Shown here: positions 60,333 to 64,000 of the stretch, in pieces
Numbering within the stretch: position 1 is the stretch's first letter
Layout: each line of letters begins with the position of its first letter
Position numbers and translations under genes: made by a program
NCBI GenBank assembly: GCA_017548075.1
Contig: JAFYNL010000034.1
Coordinates: 24,191-88,190 of the forward strand
Direction of reading: 5' to 3'
Origin: Bacteroidaceae bacterium
Lineage (GTDB): Bacteria > Bacteroidota > Bacteroidia > Bacteroidales > Bacteroidaceae
Length of the DNA: 64,000 nt
Notes under the pieces: generated by a model
Database searches by the model: none
The model's input: only the letters and a program-made list of their open reading frames with translations
Told to the model about the DNA's origin: nothing

Positions 60333-61157
60333 ATGCACGATTTCATCGAGCGCATAACAGCCTACGTCCACTGGGCGCTCTTCCTCATTCTGGAAGCGTT
60401 CAGTGGATTCCTGCTTTTCCAGTACAACCATTATCAAGGCAGCATCTGGTTTACCCAAGCCAACACAGTTGTCGGCATAGTGCACGAATGGGAAGCAAAG
60501 GCACTCTCGTACCTGAGAATGCCGGCTGAGAATGCAGCGCTCGTTCGCCGCAACATCATCCTGCAGCAACAACTCGATGAGCTGAGGCACAAAGCAAATG
60601 TCGACACTTCAATGGTCAATGATCAATGGTCAATGGTCAATGACAGCATGAGGCTCATTCCTGCTCGCATCATCGACAACAGCGTTAGGAAGCGCGACAA
60701 TATGATTGTCATCGACGTTGGTAGCGAAGACGGAGTTGCCCCAGAAATGGGTGTGTTGAGCGGCACAGGCGTTGTAGGCATCGTCAGCGGCGTTACGCCT
60801 CATCATGCGCTCGTGATGTCCATCCTCAACAGCCACAGCAGCATCAGTTGCCGCTTGCGAGGAACGGAATACTTCGGCTACCTGAAGTGGAAAGGCGGCA
60901 GACCTTTGCGAGCCTATATGGACGATGTTCCGCGCCACGCTCACATCGAGAAAGGCGACATAGTAGAGACAAGCGGCTTCAGCAACGTCTTTCCTGCAGG
61001 CATCTTCCTCGGCAAAGTGGCTGAAATCAAGAACAGTAGCGACGGACTTGCCTACGAACTCGAAATTCTCCTGAGCACAGATATTGCGAACCTCAGGCAC
61101 GTTAACGTCATCAACAACCTCATCAAAGAAGAACTCGACTCCCTCAAAGCACAATGA
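60333..61157 (+). CDS. mreC: Rod shape-determining protein MreC
   Basis: 274 aa. N-terminal TM, coiled coil, and a C-terminal beta domain (VVGIV...SSISCRL..., ETSGFSNVFPAGIFLGKV). Confidence 0.88.
   Translation: MHDFIERITAYVHWALFLILEAFSGFLLFQYNHYQGSIWFTQANTVVGIVHEWEAKALSYLRMPAENAALVRRNIILQQQLDELRHKANVDTSMVNDQWSMVNDSMRLIPARIIDNSVRKRDNMIVIDVGSEDGVAPEMGVLSGTGVVGIVSGVTPHHALVMSILNSHSSISCRLRGTEYFGYLKWKGGRPLRAYMDDVPRHAHIEKGDIVETSGFSNVFPAGIFLGKVAEIKNSSDGLAYELEILLSTDIANLRHVNVINNLIKEELDSLKAQ
60610..60644. repeat. Heptamer block (caatggt caatgat caatggt caatggt caatgac) inside mreC
   Basis: Read directly; encodes SMVNDQWSMVND between the coiled coil and the beta domain. Confidence 0.85.
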
Positions 61158-61660
61158 TAGTTTCCACCCTCAAACGCTTGTTTTGGGCGCTGATATTGCT
61201 GGCAGCACAGGTGCTCATCCTCGACCAAGTCCATCCTTGGGGCTATGGAGCGCCGTTGATATGCTCGCTCATCGTCATTACGCTGCCGATGGGAACTTCG
61301 CGTTCAGCTGCTTTGTTGTGGGGTTTTGGCGTAGGTTTTGTGGCAGACATCTTCGCAGGAACAGCCGGCATCAGTAGCGCCGCCCTGACTTTCATCGCTC
61401 TCATCCAGCCTCCTTTGTTGGGATTGATGGCTCCTCGCGACTCAGAAGAAGAACTTCATCCCTCTTTCTCGACGATGGGACGATGGAACTATCTGCAATT
61501 CATTGCGTTACTTCTGCTTTTGCATCACCTCGTTTACTTCGCCCTCGAAGGCTTCTCATACTTCCATATCATAGATATTGCCATCAGTATGGGCGTAAGT
61601 TATGCTGCGTCTCTGCTGCTGATTATCTTGATTGAGCACGTTCGTAACCCTCAAAAGTAA
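61154..61660 (+). CDS. mreD: Rod shape-determining protein MreD
   Basis: 168 aa hydrophobic protein, 4-nt overlap with mreC, conserved operon position. Confidence 0.8.
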   Translation: MIVSTLKRLFWALILLAAQVLILDQVHPWGYGAPLICSLIVITLPMGTSRSAALLWGFGVGFVADIFAGTAGISSAALTFIALIQPPLLGLMAPRDSEEELHPSFSTMGRWNYLQFIALLLLLHHLVYFALEGFSYFHIIDIAISMGVSYAASLLLIILIEHVRNPQK

Positions 61661-61668
61661 GTAGCGCT

Positions 61669-63561
61669 ATGGAGGGAAATTACGAGCTTGCAAAGCGCAA
61701 ATACGTGATTGGTGGCGCTGCAGTTGTCATCATTCTTGTTTATCTGCTGCGGCTTTTCACGTTGCAATTGCTGAGCGAGGACTTCAAGAAGAGCGCCGAC
61801 TCCAACGCTTTCCTCAAGCGCATTCAGTATCCTGCCCGAGGCGCAATCTCCGACCGCAACGGCAAACTGCTCGTCTACAATCAACCTGCCTACGATGTGA
61901 TGGTCATCATGTACGAGCAACAAGGCGTCGACACACTCGATCTTTGCGAAAGTCTCGGCATCACACCCGATTGGTACGAGCGGAGAATGACGGAGATAAA
62001 AGACCTGAAGCGCAATCCTGGCTATAGTTCCTATACACAACAACTCTTCATGAGTCAGCTCTCCACAGAGGAGTTCAGCCGTTTTCAAGAGAAGCTTTTC
62101 CGCTTTCCTGGCTTTTACATTCAGAAGAGAAGCATCCGACAATACACTTATCCCTACGCAGCCCACCTTCTTGGCGACGTTGCAGAGGTGAGTCCAGCTG
62201 ATATTGAGGCCGACGATTACTATCGAAGCGGCGACTATATCGGCAAACTTGGCGTTGAACGCTCGTACGAAACTGCTTTGCGAGGCGAGAAAGGAATGGA
62301 AATTCTTCTGCGCGATGCTCGTGGACGAATTAAGGGACGCTACCAGAACGGCAAGTTCGACGAAGCTCCCATTCCTGGTCGAAACCTGACGATGAGCATC
62401 GATATTGAGCTGCAAGCCCTTGGAGAACGCCTGATGAAAGGCAAACTTGGCAGCATCGTAGCGATAGAACCCAGCACAGGCGAAGTGCTTTGTATGGTGT
62501 CGAACCCTACTTACGACCCTCGCATCATGATTGGTCGTCAGCGAGGAAAGAGTCAGAAACTGCTCGCTCAAGACCCTCACAAACCGCTTCTCAACCGCGC
62601 AATCATGGGACAATACCCGCCTGGTTCTACCTTCAAGACGAGCCAAGCGCTCACTTTCCTGCAGGAAGGCATCATCACACCACAAACAGCTTATCCTTGC
62701 AGTCGAGGTTTCCATTTCCGAGGACTCAGGGTTGGCTGTCACGGACATGGTTCTCCTTTGCCTCTCGTCCCTGCAATCGCGACTTCTTGTAACGGCTACT
62801 TCTGCTGGGGACTTTACCATATGTTTGGCAACAGAAAGAAGTACAAGACCGTTCAAGACGCGATGACAACGTGGAAAGATTATATGGTCAGCATGGGTTT
62901 CGGCTATACTCTTGGCATCGATTTGCCAGGAGAGAAACGAGGCATGATTCCTAACGCGCCCTATTACGACAAAGCTTATCGCAACGATTGGAGCGGCTTG
63001 ACCGTCATCAGCATCAGCATCGGACAAGGCGAAGTTAACCTTACTCCCCTTCAGATTGCCAATCTCGGCGCAACTATCGCAAACAGAGGCTATTACATCG
63101 TACCTCACGTCGTAAAAGAAGTGCAGGGAATGCCGCTCGACACACTCTATACGAAGAAACACTACACGAAGGTGGAACGCCAACATTACGAGACAGTCGT
63201 TCAAGGAATGCGGCAGGCAGTTCTGGGAGGAACTTGTCGCGTGGCCAACACTTCCTTCTATGAAGTATGCGGAAAGACTGGAACGGCTCAAAATCCTCAT
63301 GGTCAAGACCACAGCGTTTTCATGGGTTTCGCGCCAAGAGAAAACCCCAAGATAGCCATTTGCGTGTATGTTGAGAACGGAACCTGGGGAGCAACCTATG
63401 GCGTTCCTATTGGTGCGCTTATGATGGAACAATACATCAACGGCAAACTTTGCCAAGCAAGTGAGGCTCGAGCCAAGACTTTTGAGAACAAACATCTGTT
63501 TACTCCTCGCGAATATACCTTGAATTCGTTGTCAGAAAAGAATGAAGAACAATCGGATTAA
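61669..63561 (+). CDS. mrdA: Penicillin-binding protein 2 (elongasome transpeptidase)
   Basis: 630 aa. N-terminal anchor, PPGSTFK (SxxK), SIGQGE (SxN-like) and KTGTAQ (KTG) motifs. Confidence 0.93.
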   Translation: MEGNYELAKRKYVIGGAAVVIILVYLLRLFTLQLLSEDFKKSADSNAFLKRIQYPARGAISDRNGKLLVYNQPAYDVMVIMYEQQGVDTLDLCESLGITPDWYERRMTEIKDLKRNPGYSSYTQQLFMSQLSTEEFSRFQEKLFRFPGFYIQKRSIRQYTYPYAAHLLGDVAEVSPADIEADDYYRSGDYIGKLGVERSYETALRGEKGMEILLRDARGRIKGRYQNGKFDEAPIPGRNLTMSIDIELQALGERLMKGKLGSIVAIEPSTGEVLCMVSNPTYDPRIMIGRQRGKSQKLLAQDPHKPLLNRAIMGQYPPGSTFKTSQALTFLQEGIITPQTAYPCSRGFHFRGLRVGCHGHGSPLPLVPAIATSCNGYFCWGLYHMFGNRKKYKTVQDAMTTWKDYMVSMGFGYTLGIDLPGEKRGMIPNAPYYDKAYRNDWSGLTVISISIGQGEVNLTPLQIANLGATIANRGYYIVPHVVKEVQGMPLDTLYTKKHYTKVERQHYETVVQGMRQAVLGGTCRVANTSFYEVCGKTGTAQNPHGQDHSVFMGFAPRENPKIAICVYVENGTWGATYGVPIGALMMEQYINGKLCQASEARAKTFENKHLFTPREYTLNSLSEKNEEQSD

Positions 63562-64000
63562 AAAGAAAGCTCCATCAGTTTGGGGGTCAATTGATTGGCT
63601 CACCATCTTTATCTATCTGGTGCTTTTGGCACTCGGATGGATGAGTGTTTGCGGGGCTTGCTACGATTACGAGCAGTCGACTGGCATCCTCGACTTCTCG
63701 ACCAGAAGCGGCATGCAGATTGTTTGGATTGGCACTTCCATGTTGCTTGGATTCCTCATCCTCATGACGGACGACAGAATCTTTGAGTCTCTCTCTTACA
63801 TTATATATATATGTTTCCTGGGACTGCTCTTTATCACGCCTTTTATGGCTCACGACATCAAGGGTTCTATGTCGTGGATCAAGCTGGGTAGCTTCAGTAT
63901 TCAGCCTGCAGAATTCGCGAAGTTCGGAGTCTCGCTCTGTTTGGCGAAGGTGATGAGCACTTATGGTTTCGACGTTCGAAACTGGCGAGATTTCATCATT
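63542..64000 (+). CDS. rodA: Rod shape-determining protein RodA (SEDS family), 5' partial, runs off the window
   Basis: Not in the ORF track because no stop lies within the window. ATG at 63542; translation MKNNRIKKKAPSVWGSIDWLTIFIYLVLLALGWMSV...SIQPAEFAKF, the SEDS signature. Overlaps the mrdA end by 20 nt. Confidence 0.85.
   Translation, partial: MKNNRIKKKAPSVWGSIDWLTIFIYLVLLALGWMSVCGACYDYEQSTGILDFSTRSGMQIVWIGTSMLLGFLILMTDDRIFESLSYIIYICFLGLLFITPFMAHDIKGSMSWIKLGSFSIQPAEFAKFGVSLCLAKVMSTYGFDVRNWRDFII

Noticed and set aside
61651-63495. 614-aa ORF on the minus strand
   Set aside because: It is entirely antisense to mrdA, whose product has clear SxxK/KTG PBP2 motifs. The antisense translation has no motif and a skewed composition, so it is a shadow ORF.
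1-64000. Mobile elements, prophage or integrative islands
   Set aside because: No integrase, transposase, relaxase, phage structural or conjugation genes were recognised in any frame. The tRNA loci show no flanking direct repeats that I could detect by eye.

Overview
This is a gene-dense chromosomal segment that looks Bacteroidales, probably Prevotellaceae. That guess rests on TAnnTTTG -7 promoter boxes before most operons, a PorQ/T9SS-type gene, TonB/ExbBD sets and the trpBEGDCFA gene order; it is inference, not a database hit.

Most of the window is housekeeping:
- ispH, cmk, a polyprenyl synthase and tatD
- exbB-exbD-exbD
- a complete trp operon with a WWW leader-peptide attenuator
- purL and mreBCD-mrdA-rodA
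- four tRNAs
- GH97, GH35 and GH30 glycosidases
- a YafQ-type toxin-antitoxin pair

The main accessory locus is a 13 kb two-operon lipid/polyketide cluster at 14.0-27.1 kb. It encodes an O-methyltransferase, an LpxL-like acyltransferase, two ketosynthases fused to CLF-like half-domains, two ACPs, an adenylating enzyme, a LolA-like protein, a GT2-PlsC fusion, an alpha/beta hydrolase and an MMPL exporter. This matches the aryl-polyene/flexirubin gene grammar, but no ketoreductase, dehydratase or thioesterase is visible.

Two dispersed DNA repeat systems stand out:
- Arrays of a near-palindromic ~22 bp unit (GCAAACGTAACACGTTAAGTTT) sit directly after stop codons at 8 loci.
- Blocks of about 35 bp, built from five imperfect 7-nt units, occur at gene boundaries and in frame inside coding sequences. 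Three unrelated proteins carry the same TTDNRQ-type peptide as a result.

purH stops at the IMP-cyclohydrolase domain boundary. I recognised no transposase, integrase, CRISPR array or canonical defence system.
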